This document shows positions 18,975-28,178 of a stretch of DNA of 64,000 bases, one piece after another. The stretch comes from an uncultured Chloroflexia bacterium (GTDB lineage Bacteria; Chloroflexota; Limnocylindria; Limnocylindrales; CSP1-4), in assembly GCA_963720755.1 (NCBI GenBank), contig CAVRGP010000002.1, positions 128,001 to 192,000 on the forward strand, given 5' to 3'. How positions within the stretch are numbered: the first letter of the stretch is position 1; each line of letters begins with the position of its first letter. A model generated the notes under the pieces. That model saw only the letters and a program-made list of their open reading frames with translations, was not told the DNA's origin and did not search any database. Made by a program: the position numbers and the translations under genes.

Positions 18975-20013
18975 CGACGGGTCGACCATCCCCATCACCG
19001 TCGAGCTCAAGCGAGCCGGTGCCCTGTCGAGGCGTGACGTCCCGGGGACCGTCAGGGTCACGGTCATCGACGGCGACGCGGTCCGGGAGGCGGAGGACCC
19101 GACTGCCCTGGCCGGGGTCGCCGACGAGCGCGCCAGGCCCGGGGCCGCCATCTGGATCGACCTGACGGCGCCATCCGCAGCGCAGGCCAGGGAGGTCGGC
19201 AAGGTCCTTGCGCTCCACCCACTCATCATCGAGGACGTGCTCGAGGGCAATCAGCGCGCCAAGATCGAATCGACGGACGGCGTCCTCCATATCGTCCTGT
19301 TCCACCTGGCCTACGGCGATGCGGTGATCGCCTCGGAGCTCGACATCGTGCTCGGGCCCGGCTACCTTCTGACGGTCCACGACTCGGACTGGGATCCGCG
19401 CTCCGGCCACCACCTGGCGGCCGGCGTGGAACCGGTGCTCCGGCACGGTCCCGACCACCTGCTGTGGGCCATCGCCGACGACCTCGTCGACGGCTATTTC
19501 CCGTTCGCCGACCTGATCGGCGATGCCATCGACGACGTCCAGGACGAGGTCGTCCGGCGAGCGACGCCGGACACCCTGGAGCGCCTGTTCAAGCTCAAGC
19601 GCGAGCTCATCGGCGTCCGCCGGGCGATCAGCCCGGTCCGCGAGGTCTTCAACCAGCTGACCAACCGTGACGAGCAATTCATCGACCCGGACGAGCTGGT
19701 CTACTTCCGCGACATCTACGATCACGTCATCCGGCTGACCGACGAACTCGACAACTACCGCGAGCTGGCATCGGCGACTCTGGACGTCTATCTCACCCAG
19801 GTCAACAACAACCTGTCGGTCATCATGAAGCGGCTGACCGGCGTCACCGTCATCCTCGCCGGGATCGCGGCCATCGCGGGGGTCTTCGGGATGAGCGAGG
19901 CCGGCGCGGCTGTCGGCGGTCACGAGGCTGGTGGGTTCTGGATGGTCACTGCGGCCGTGTTCGGACTCGCGGCGCTGGCTGCCGTCATCCTGCGGCGGAT
20001 CGACTGGATCTGA
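18937..20013 (+). CDS. corA: CorA family Mg2+/divalent cation transporter
   Basis: WIDL, LHPLIIED, QRAKIE, YFRDIYDH, IMKRLT, GVFGMS (GMN-like loop) and two C-terminal TM helices. Confidence 0.88.
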   Translation: MASTRPNPASRSDDGSTIPITVELKRAGALSRRDVPGTVRVTVIDGDAVREAEDPTALAGVADERARPGAAIWIDLTAPSAAQAREVGKVLALHPLIIEDVLEGNQRAKIESTDGVLHIVLFHLAYGDAVIASELDIVLGPGYLLTVHDSDWDPRSGHHLAAGVEPVLRHGPDHLLWAIADDLVDGYFPFADLIGDAIDDVQDEVVRRATPDTLERLFKLKRELIGVRRAISPVREVFNQLTNRDEQFIDPDELVYFRDIYDHVIRLTDELDNYRELASATLDVYLTQVNNNLSVIMKRLTGVTVILAGIAAIAGVFGMSEAGAAVGGHEAGGFWMVTAAVFGLAALAAVILRRIDWI

Positions 20014-20881
20014 CCTCGCGCTCGAGCGCCGATGCCAGGGCGGACAGGGCTCGCGCGGCCTGGTGCGGGGTCGTGAACACGACGTCTGACATCGTTCGGA
20101 CCTCGTCGGGCATGCCGTGGGGCCCGATGACGCCGGCCGCCAGCCCCTGGATCGTGCCGGCGGCCCGGGCGTCGCGCAGGACCGCGAACCCGTCCGCATC
20201 GCTGAGATCGTCGCCGAAGGCGACGACTGCGGCCGGCGCACGCTCCTGCAGGAGTTCCTCGAACGCCTCGCGCTTGCCACCCGCCGTCCGCGGTCGGAGA
20301 TCCACGACCAGTCTGCCGCGATAGTGGGCCAGGTCGTGGGCGGGCAGGTCGCCGTCGACCGTCTCGATCGCGGCCTCGACGGCCGCCCGGGCCGCCGTCC
20401 GGTCTTCGGCCTGCCTGACGTGGAACGCCACCGAGGGGCCCTTGCGCTCGACGTACAGCCAGCGTGGTCGACCGAGCAGTGCCGGTACTCGATCGGCGAG
20501 GAGCTCGGCCGGCTCGATCGAGGCATCGTGGCCCGCGTGGAACGTCGTCGAGAGTCGGGCCGGGTCGCCGCCGCGAGGGAACGTCCCGCGCTGCAGCCCG
20601 TGATCCCCGAGATAGGTCACGCCTCCCACCCGGATCCTCATGGCCGCGTCGGCGGCCGTCCGGCCGGTCAGGACCACCACCGACAGCCGCCCCGGTCGTG
20701 CCACTGCGAGCCCGGCGAGACGCCGCAGCGAACGTTGGGCGAGCGGGACGATGACCGCGGCGCCCGGGTCTCGCGAACCCTCGGCCAGCGTGCCGTCGAA
20801 ATCGGCGATCACGAGGAGCGGCCCGGAGACCTCGGCCAGCCCGGCGACGGCCAGGATCGCGGCCCGATCCGTCCCGTTCAA
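19985..20881 (-). CDS. otsB: Trehalose-6-phosphate phosphatase (HAD IIB)
   Basis: DFDGTL, LTGR, GDHG, ERKGPSVAFHVR, FGDDLSD. TTG 20881 is coupled to the upstream stop. Confidence 0.85.
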   Translation of the reverse strand: MNGTDRAAILAVAGLAEVSGPLLVIADFDGTLAEGSRDPGAAVIVPLAQRSLRRLAGLAVARPGRLSVVVLTGRTAADAAMRIRVGGVTYLGDHGLQRGTFPRGGDPARLSTTFHAGHDASIEPAELLADRVPALLGRPRWLYVERKGPSVAFHVRQAEDRTAARAAVEAAIETVDGDLPAHDLAHYRGRLVVDLRPRTAGGKREAFEELLQERAPAAVVAFGDDLSDADGFAVLRDARAAGTIQGLAAGVIGPHGMPDEVRTMSDVVFTTPHQAARALSALASALEREVRSSRSAAG

Positions 20882-21291
20882 GGGGTGACGTCGACTCCCG
20901 GCAGGATCGTCTTGCCGCCGACCTGGGTCACGGCGAGGGCCGATGCCGGTAGACCGACCTGGAGCGAGGTGGCCTCGACGGTGGCGCTGGGCCTGGCGGT
21001 GGCGCTGGGGCTGGCGCTGGGGCTGGGACTCGCGGTCGGGCCGGCCGTGGCGCCGGGGCTGGGGCTCGGGCTTGCGGTGGCGCTGGCCGTAGCGCCGGGG
21101 CTCGCCGTGGCGGCAGGGCTCGGCGCGAGCGATGCCGACGCCGACGGCGTCGCGGACGCGAGCGGCAGGGTCGGGGCGACGACCTGCGGCACCAGCGACT
21201 CGGGGGTGAGGCTGTAGATCCCGCCGAGCACCAGTCCGGCGACCGCGATCCCGACCACGAGGCCGGCGACGATCGAAAGGCGGGCCAACAT
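20878..21291 (-). CDS. Membrane-anchored S/P/A/T-rich protein, possibly a truncated TlpA/redoxin
   Basis: N-terminal TM helix, SPSASPSAT repeats, ending LQVGLPASALAVTQVGGKTI like the start of a redoxin domain. Confidence 0.55.
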   Translation of the reverse strand: MLARLSIVAGLVVGIAVAGLVLGGIYSLTPESLVPQVVAPTLPLASATPSASASLAPSPAATASPGATASATASPSPSPGATAGPTASPSPSASPSATARPSATVEATSLQVGLPASALAVTQVGGKTILPGVDVTP

Positions 21292-21361
21292 CTCGGGCGG
21301 AGGGTACCAGTACCAGCGGGCAAGGGCGATTTCGACGGCCCGCTGCTAGGATGCCGGTCCA

Positions 21362-22075
21362 ATGGGTCAACTCGCGGACTCGATCCGCATCCGGGTCATC
21401 CCGGCCGTCATCATCGCCCTCGGCGTGACGTTCCTCGCGGCGGGGATGCTGTCGTTCGCGACCCCGGTGACCGCCGACCCCTCCGCAACGCCGGTCGAGA
21501 CGGCCGTTGCCGTGGCCGATCCGACGCCGAGTCCGCTCATCACCCTGCCGCCGATCGGGTCCGGAGCGCCCACGACGGCAGCACCCTCCATCCCGGCCGA
21601 CCGCGTGGCCACCCGTGTCCGAGTCGCCGCCCTCGAGATCGACCTGCCGGTGATCGCCCCGACCGGCGGCTATCCGTACTGCAACGTGGCCCAGTACTTC
21701 GATGACAGCCGCCTCGGTCAGCCTGGAGAGGGCAAGGCCGTCTACCTCTACGGGCATGCCCGGACCGGGATGTTCCTGCCCCTCCTCGACGCGTCGAAGG
21801 TGGCGAGCGGCAAGAAGATGATCGGGATGGTCGTCGAGGTGTGGACCAGTGACGACCAGCGGTTCCTGTACGTCATCACCCAGGTTCGTCGCCACGTGCC
21901 GTATGACGAGGTGTTCACGAAGCCGTTCGCGGCCGACCACGAGCAGCTCTGGCTCCAGACGTCCGAAGGGGTCGGCACGCAGCCGAAGCTCCAGGTCGTG
22001 GCCGAGCCCCTGTCGCATGAGGCGGCACCGCACCGGGAGGCGAACCCCGTGCCCAGGCCGGTGACCTGCGGCTGA
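21362..22075 (+). CDS. Sortase-fold protein (atypical active site)
   Basis: TM anchor, P/T linker, RVRVAALEIDLPV, VYLYGHAR, FLYVITQV, LWLQTS...KLQVVA. Confidence 0.7.
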   Translation: MGQLADSIRIRVIPAVIIALGVTFLAAGMLSFATPVTADPSATPVETAVAVADPTPSPLITLPPIGSGAPTTAAPSIPADRVATRVRVAALEIDLPVIAPTGGYPYCNVAQYFDDSRLGQPGEGKAVYLYGHARTGMFLPLLDASKVASGKKMIGMVVEVWTSDDQRFLYVITQVRRHVPYDEVFTKPFAADHEQLWLQTSEGVGTQPKLQVVAEPLSHEAAPHREANPVPRPVTCG

Positions 22076-22152
22076 CCCGAGTTCGCTGGACGGTTCGGGT
22101 GCTGGCAGCCGGCGCCGGACCGTGGCCGGGCGTCAGCGCTGGAGCGCCTGCG

Positions 22153-23652
22153 CTAGCTCGGCAGCAGTTTGACGATCGACGCCGCGGCATCGCTGGCGGC
22201 ATCGAGGAGACCCGTCGGGAACAGGCCCAGGAGGATCGTGAGGGCCGCCGCCGCGGCCAGACCGGCCCACTGCAGGCCACCGTGCCGGACGGCAGACGCG
22301 TCAGCGACCGGGTCGCGCATGTACATGTAGACGACGACCCGCAGGTAGTAGAACGCGGCCACGGCGGCGTTGAGCACCGTGATGACGGCAAGGATCGTGA
22401 GCGGCCCGCCCGCTTCGACCGCGGCAAGGATGATGTTGGCCTTGGCGAAGAATCCGGCGGTCGGCGGGATCCCGACGAGCGACAGCAGGAACAGGGTCAT
22501 CAGGACGCCCATCAGCGGCTCCCGTCGGCCCAGACCCGCGAACGTCCCGAGGCTCGAGGTGACGCCCGTCCGCTTCTGGAGCGAGGCGATCACCGCGAAC
22601 GCACCGAGGTTCATGAACCCGTACGCGACCATGTAGAACAGCAGCGCCGCGATCCCGGCACCCTCGGGGTCCTGGGCCCAGGCAGCCAATCCGACGAGCA
22701 TGTAGCCGGTGTGAGCGATGGAGCTGTAGCCCAGCATCCGCTTGACGTTGTCCTGGGTGAGGGCCACGAGGTTCCCCAAGGTCATGGTGATCGTCGCGAG
22801 GACGATGACGACCGGTAGCCACCAATCGGCCAGCGGCCCGAGCGCTTCGACGAAGAGACGCAGGATGAGCGCGAACGCTCCCACCTTCGGCCCGACCGAG
22901 AGATACCCGGTGATCGGGGTCGGCGAGCCCTGATACGCGTCGGGCGTCCAGTAGTGGAAGGGGACGGCCGCGATCTTGAAGGCGACGCCGGTCGTGAGGA
23001 AGGCGAGGCCCATCGCCAGGCCGGGCGAGAGCGGGGCGCCGCCCGCCACGATGACCGACAACTGGGCGGCGATCACATCGAGCCGCATCGACCCGGTGAT
23101 GCCCCACACGAACGCCAGGCCGAACAGGAAGATCGCCGAGCTGAACGAACCCAGGAGGAAGTACTTGATCGCGCCTTCCGTCGAGTAGCCGTCGCTCTTG
23201 TGGAAGGCGGCCAGCAGATACCCCGGCAGGACCATCAACTCGAGGCCGATGAACAGCAGCAGGAGGTCGGCCGCAGCGGAGATGAGCATCGCGCCCGTCA
23301 TCGCGAAGACGAGGATCGCCGCGAATTCGGCGATCGGCAGACCCCGCGGAACGAGGTAGTCCGGCCCGAACAGGATGGTCATCGCGATGACCGCAACGAA
23401 CAGGACATCGAGGAACGTGGTCAGGGCGTCGACCTGATAGCTGCCGCCGAACGCGGTGCTCTGTGCGTCACCGGCGGAGACCGCCGCTCCCACCGTGATC
23501 GTCAGGAGCGCCGTGATCGCCAGCCCGGCCAGGGCGGTGAAGACCGCGACCGCGGTCCGGCCCGGCCGGATGAGATCGACGATCAGGATCGCTGCGGCTG
23601 TCAGGATCGCGGCGACGAACGGGCTGATCGTCACGAAGTCCTGCCAGCTCAA
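22153..23652 (-). CDS. nuoN: NADH-quinone oxidoreductase subunit N
   Basis: EGAIKYFLLG, FKIAAVPFHYWTPDAYQGSPT, KRMLGYSSIAH, GIPPTAGFFAK. Confidence 0.95.
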   Translation of the reverse strand: MSWQDFVTISPFVAAILTAAAILIVDLIRPGRTAVAVFTALAGLAITALLTITVGAAVSAGDAQSTAFGGSYQVDALTTFLDVLFVAVIAMTILFGPDYLVPRGLPIAEFAAILVFAMTGAMLISAAADLLLLFIGLELMVLPGYLLAAFHKSDGYSTEGAIKYFLLGSFSSAIFLFGLAFVWGITGSMRLDVIAAQLSVIVAGGAPLSPGLAMGLAFLTTGVAFKIAAVPFHYWTPDAYQGSPTPITGYLSVGPKVGAFALILRLFVEALGPLADWWLPVVIVLATITMTLGNLVALTQDNVKRMLGYSSIAHTGYMLVGLAAWAQDPEGAGIAALLFYMVAYGFMNLGAFAVIASLQKRTGVTSSLGTFAGLGRREPLMGVLMTLFLLSLVGIPPTAGFFAKANIILAAVEAGGPLTILAVITVLNAAVAAFYYLRVVVYMYMRDPVADASAVRHGGLQWAGLAAAAALTILLGLFPTGLLDAASDAAASIVKLLPS

Positions 23653-25295
23653 TGCGCGGCCCCGCCTTCGGGTTCCAGGGCGACCCGCGGCCGGGTCAGG
23701 ACCCAGCCGATCCGGGCCACGACGAAGATGACGACCAGGGCCCCGAAGCCGATCGGCGCCGCGATCGGGATGTCGATCGCGGATGCGGGCTCGACGGCGG
23801 CCAGCGTCTCCCGCACCGTGCCGGAGAACAGGTCGAGCAGAAGTCCAGGCTGGATCCCGAAGATGACCACCAGGGTCCCGAGCGGGACAAGGGTCAGGAT
23901 CTCGACCGGGTTCATGTCGGTCAGATGGTCACCGAGGCCTGCCAGGAAATCGGACAGCTCGCCGAACACGACCCGGCCGTACATGTACAGGAGGTAGCCG
24001 GCGGCCAGGATCATGACGAATGCCGCGACCGCGGCCGCGTACGGATCCGCCTCGAAGGTCCCGACCAGGACCAGGAATTCGCCGACGAAGCCCGACAGTC
24101 CGGGCAGGCCGGCGGAGGCGAACACGAAGAACCCGAAGACGGCCGCGTAGACCGGCGTCCGGGCGGACAACCCGCCCATCTTGGCGATCGTCCGGTCATG
24201 GGTCCGCTCGTAGATGACGCCGACCAGCAGGAACAGCGCCCCCGTGATGAGGCCGTGATTGATCATCTGCAGGATCGCGCCCTGGAGCCCCTGCTGGGTG
24301 AAGACGAAGATCCCCAGGGTCACGAACCCCATGTGGCTGACCGATGAGTACGCCACCAGTCGCTTGAGATCCGGCTGGACGAGGGCCACGATCGCCCCGT
24401 AGATGATCGCGATGAGCGACAGCACGATGATCGCCGGCGCGAAGGTGTCCGCGGCGGACGGGTAGAGCGGCAGCGCGAACCGGATGAAACCATAGGCGCC
24501 GAGTTTCAGCATGATCGCCGCCAGCATCACCGAGCCTGCTGTCGGCGCCTCGGTATGGGCGTCGGGCAGCCAGGTGTGGAACGGGAACATCGGCACCTTG
24601 ATCGCAAAGGCCAGGAAGAAGGCGAGGAACGCCAGCAGCTGCAAGCCGTCGGCGAAGCCACCGGTCGCGGCATACGCCCGAAGCGCTTCGAAGTCGAAGG
24701 CGCCGACCCACGACCCGTCGTGACCCGACTGATAGGCGAACGCGGTCGCCAGGATCGCCACCAGCATCAGGAGCGACCCGACCAGCGTGTACAGGACGAA
24801 CTTGATCGTGGCGTAGATCCGATTGGAGCCGCCCCAGATCCCGATGATCAGATACATCGGGACCAGGACGATCTCCCAGAAGATGTAGAACAGGAACGTG
24901 TCGAGGGCAAGGAATACGCCGATCAGCCCGACCTCGAGGATGAGGAAGGAGATCATGTATTCCTTGATCCGGGTCTGGATCGGCTTGAAGCTCGCCAGGA
25001 TCGCGATCCAGCTGAGCAGGGTCGTGAGGACGACCAGGCCGACCGACAGGCCGTCGGCACCAACCTTGTACTGGATCCCGAAGGCCGGGATCCAGTCGAC
25101 GGCCTCGACGAACTGGAACCCGGGCCGTCCCGGCAGGTAGCCGACCAGGAGGAGCAGGGACACGACGAATGTGAGGAGCGCGAAGGCCAGCGCCGTCGCA
25201 CGCGCAGCCGAGGGTGGCGCGATCGCGATGACCAGGGCGCCGATCAGCGGCAGGAAGGTGACGATCGACAGGATCGGGATCGTGCTGACGTCCAT
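23649..25295 (-). CDS. nuoM: NADH-quinone oxidoreductase subunit M
   Basis: FWEIVLVPMY, KVPMFPFHTWLPDAHTEAP, LKLGAYG, AYSSVSHMG, LPGLSGFVGE. ATG 25295 forms a TGATG overlap. Confidence 0.95.
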   Translation of the reverse strand: MDVSTIPILSIVTFLPLIGALVIAIAPPSAARATALAFALLTFVVSLLLLVGYLPGRPGFQFVEAVDWIPAFGIQYKVGADGLSVGLVVLTTLLSWIAILASFKPIQTRIKEYMISFLILEVGLIGVFLALDTFLFYIFWEIVLVPMYLIIGIWGGSNRIYATIKFVLYTLVGSLLMLVAILATAFAYQSGHDGSWVGAFDFEALRAYAATGGFADGLQLLAFLAFFLAFAIKVPMFPFHTWLPDAHTEAPTAGSVMLAAIMLKLGAYGFIRFALPLYPSAADTFAPAIIVLSLIAIIYGAIVALVQPDLKRLVAYSSVSHMGFVTLGIFVFTQQGLQGAILQMINHGLITGALFLLVGVIYERTHDRTIAKMGGLSARTPVYAAVFGFFVFASAGLPGLSGFVGEFLVLVGTFEADPYAAAVAAFVMILAAGYLLYMYGRVVFGELSDFLAGLGDHLTDMNPVEILTLVPLGTLVVIFGIQPGLLLDLFSGTVRETLAAVEPASAIDIPIAAPIGFGALVVIFVVARIGWVLTRPRVALEPEGGAAH

Positions 25296-27265
25296 CAGCG
25301 GGCCAGCAACAGGTAGGCGCCGGCCATCGCGATCAGCCCGATCGCGATCCCGAGGGCATAGTTCTGGACCCGACCGGTCTGGATCTCGCCGAGTCCGCGA
25401 CCGGCGTCCACGGTCGCCCCGCCGACGGCGTTCACCGTCCCGTCGACGACCTCCCGGTCGAACCACCAGAGGGCGGCTGCGATCCGGCCGCCGATCACCA
25501 TGAACAGCAGGTGGTAGAGCTCATCGAACCACCATTTGTTGAGCGATGCCCGGTACAGGAATGGCGCCCGAGCGGTCAACTCGCGAACGCGTTCCGGGCG
25601 AGCCGGCATCCGGATCGGACCGATGTTCGCGCCGAACAGGCGCCAGGCGATGAGCAGACCGATGGTCGCGATGGTGACACTCGCCAGGATCAACACCCCG
25701 TCGATGCCGAAGAGCTCGTAACCGGGCTGGGCGCCCTCGCCGCGCAGGATCAGTTCGCCTTCTTCGAAGATCGGCTTCAGCCATTCGACGATCCGGCTCG
25801 CCCCGAGGGGCAACCCGAGGTAGAGGCCGAGGAGGGCGGACGGGATCGCCAGGAGGATCAACGGGATCGTCATCACCGCCGGCGACTCGTGGATCTTGTC
25901 CCAGATCGCCTTGGGTCCCCGGAACGTGCCCCAGAAGGTCAGGCCCATGAGCCGGAACATGTAGAACGCGGTCATCCCGGCCACGACGAGGCCGATCAGC
26001 CAGACCCACCAGAATCCGAGCTTGAGCGACTCACCCAGGACCTCGTCCTTCGAGAAGAACCCGGCCAGCGGCGGGATCCCGGCGATCGCCAACGAACCGA
26101 TGAACATCGTGATGTAGGTGATCCGGATCTTGGTAGACAGGCCGCCCATCTGGCGCATGTCCTGCTCTTCGTGGACTGCGTGGATGACCGATCCGGAGCC
26201 GAGGAAGAGCAGACCCTTGAAGAAGCCGTGGGTCATGAGGTGGAAGATCGCGGCCGTCCAGGCACCGACGCCGAGCGCGGCGAACATGTAGCCGAGCTGG
26301 CTGAGGGTGGAGTACGCGAGGACCCGCTTGATGTCCGTCTGGGTCATCGCGATCGACGCCGCGAGCAGGGCGGTGAAGATGCCGATGGCCGCCACGACGA
26401 CCAGGGCGGATGGGGCGTGGGCGAAGATCGGGTTCGTCCGGGCGACCAGGTAGACGCCCGCGTTGACCATCGTGGCCGCATGGATCAGGGCGGACACCGG
26501 GGTCGGACCCTCCATCGCGTCCGGCAGCCAGACGTGGAGGGGGAACTGGGCGCTCTTGCCCATGGCGCCGGCGAAGATGAGCATGGCGATGATCGTGATC
26601 GTCGTCCCGTCGAGTTCGCCGATCCGCTCGATGACGGCCCGGATATCGAGCGTTCCCAGGCTCACGAAGATGAGCATGATGCCGAGGGCGAAGCCGACAT
26701 CGCCGACCCGGTTGACGATGAACGCCTTCTTGGCCGCGAGGGCCGCCGAGCGCTTGCGATACCAGAACCCGATGAGCAGGTAACTGCACAGGCCGACCAG
26801 CTCCCAGGCCACGAACACGACCAGGAAGCTGCTCGCCAGAACGAGCAGCAGCATGGAGAACATGAACAGGTTCAGATAGGCGAAGAACCGCCAGTAGCCT
26901 GGGTCATGACTCATGTAGCCGATCGAGTAGACGTGGACGAGCAGGCCGATCGTCGTGACCACGATCAGGAGACAGGCGGTCAGGGAGTCGACCACGAACC
27001 CGACATCGACCACGAAGTGATCGGCCGGGATCCAGGTGAACCAGGTGACGGCGTACCCGTGCGACGTCTCCGAGCCCGGCAGCAGCGGCGCCGTCCCCGA
27101 CAGGACGTCGACGACCAGCGCCATCGCGATGACCCACACCGCCAGGATCGCCAGGACCGGGATCCAGTGCGCCTGTTTGCCGAGCCGGCGCCCGATCATC
27201 GCCGTCAGGGCGAACCCCGAGATGGGCAGGATGACCAGGACCGGGATGAGGCTCTCGAGGTTCAC
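25295..27265 (-). CDS. nuoL: NADH-quinone oxidoreductase subunit L
   Basis: NRVGDVG, GKSAQFPLHVWLPDAMEGPTPVSALIHAATMV, THGFFKGLLFL. Confidence 0.96.
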   Translation of the reverse strand: MNLESLIPVLVILPISGFALTAMIGRRLGKQAHWIPVLAILAVWVIAMALVVDVLSGTAPLLPGSETSHGYAVTWFTWIPADHFVVDVGFVVDSLTACLLIVVTTIGLLVHVYSIGYMSHDPGYWRFFAYLNLFMFSMLLLVLASSFLVVFVAWELVGLCSYLLIGFWYRKRSAALAAKKAFIVNRVGDVGFALGIMLIFVSLGTLDIRAVIERIGELDGTTITIIAMLIFAGAMGKSAQFPLHVWLPDAMEGPTPVSALIHAATMVNAGVYLVARTNPIFAHAPSALVVVAAIGIFTALLAASIAMTQTDIKRVLAYSTLSQLGYMFAALGVGAWTAAIFHLMTHGFFKGLLFLGSGSVIHAVHEEQDMRQMGGLSTKIRITYITMFIGSLAIAGIPPLAGFFSKDEVLGESLKLGFWWVWLIGLVVAGMTAFYMFRLMGLTFWGTFRGPKAIWDKIHESPAVMTIPLILLAIPSALLGLYLGLPLGASRIVEWLKPIFEEGELILRGEGAQPGYELFGIDGVLILASVTIATIGLLIAWRLFGANIGPIRMPARPERVRELTARAPFLYRASLNKWWFDELYHLLFMVIGGRIAAALWWFDREVVDGTVNAVGGATVDAGRGLGEIQTGRVQNYALGIAIGLIAMAGAYLLLAR

Positions 27266-27579
27266 TGGCGCATCGAGTCGTACTCGTCGACCAGCGGTGT
27301 CTTCTTGTTGCGGTAGATCGCGATCACGATCGCCAGCCCGACGGTCGCCTCGGCGGCGGCGATGGCGATGACCATCAGGGCCACGACGGAGCCCTGGGCG
27401 GCCATGGCCGCGTCAGCCCCGAAGGATCCGAAGGCGACGATCGCGAGGTTGACGCCATTGAGCATGAGTTCGATGGACATCAGCATGCTGATCGCGTTGC
27501 GCCGGGCCAGGAACCCGAACGAGCCGATCGCGAAGAGCAGGCCGGCCAGGATCAGGTAGGCGTCCAGCGAGTCGGTCAT
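27262..27579 (-). CDS. nuoK: NADH-quinone oxidoreductase subunit K
   Basis: RRNAISMLMSIELMLNGVN, AAAEATVGLAI. Confidence 0.95.
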   Translation of the reverse strand: MTDSLDAYLILAGLLFAIGSFGFLARRNAISMLMSIELMLNGVNLAIVAFGSFGADAAMAAQGSVVALMVIAIAAAEATVGLAIVIAIYRNKKTPLVDEYDSMRQ

Positions 27580-28169
27580 GACGGACCACCGGGTTCGCGC
27601 TTGGCCAGGTAGACGCCGCCGATGACCGCAGCCAGGAGCAGGACGCTGATGACCTCGAACGGCAGAACGTAGTCCTTGAACAGGACCGTGGACAGTGCGT
27701 CGGCCGTGAGCCGGACCCGATGCGCTGCTTCGTTCCAGTCGGTGGCGGCGACCGCCAGGGCGATGACCAGGGCGATGACGATCGATGCGATCGCCGCCGG
27801 GACCGCCTGGGTCTGGAAGACGAGTCGGCTCGGGGCGTCCTTCGTCTGAGTGAGCATGATCGCGAACAGGATCAGGACACTGATCGCCCCGATGTACACG
27901 ATGACCTGGGCCGCCGCGATCAGGGTCGCCCCCAGGATCACGTAGATCCCGGCCAGCGACCCGAAGCACACGATCATGGCCAGGCCGCAGCGGATGATGT
28001 CGCGCATCGTCACGACGAGGAGGGCGGAGCCGATCATCACCGCCGCGAAGATCCAGAACAGGGCGTCGGCCCAATCCTGCCCGAGAAACACGAGCATGAC
28101 GACCGCCACGGCGGTCACCAGGCCGAGGACCATGAGTCCCAGCAGGATCGGGATCAGACGATTCATCAC
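27576..28169 (-). CDS. nuoJ: NADH-quinone oxidoreductase subunit J
   Basis: QVIVYIGAISVLILFAIML, YVLPFEVISVLLLAAVIG. Confidence 0.93.
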   Translation of the reverse strand: MMNRLIPILLGLMVLGLVTAVAVVMLVFLGQDWADALFWIFAAVMIGSALLVVTMRDIIRCGLAMIVCFGSLAGIYVILGATLIAAAQVIVYIGAISVLILFAIMLTQTKDAPSRLVFQTQAVPAAIASIVIALVIALAVAATDWNEAAHRVRLTADALSTVLFKDYVLPFEVISVLLLAAVIGGVYLAKREPGGPS

Positions 28170-28178
28170 GCCACCGGC

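Noticed and set aside
20985-21135. Short tandem repeats as CRISPR or VNTR
   Set aside because: They are imperfect codon-level repeats encoding an SPSASP linker; there is no repeat-spacer structure and no cas gene.
22153-27265. Chloroflexota '2M' complex I with duplicated nuoM
   Set aside because: Only one nuoM lies between nuoL and nuoN.
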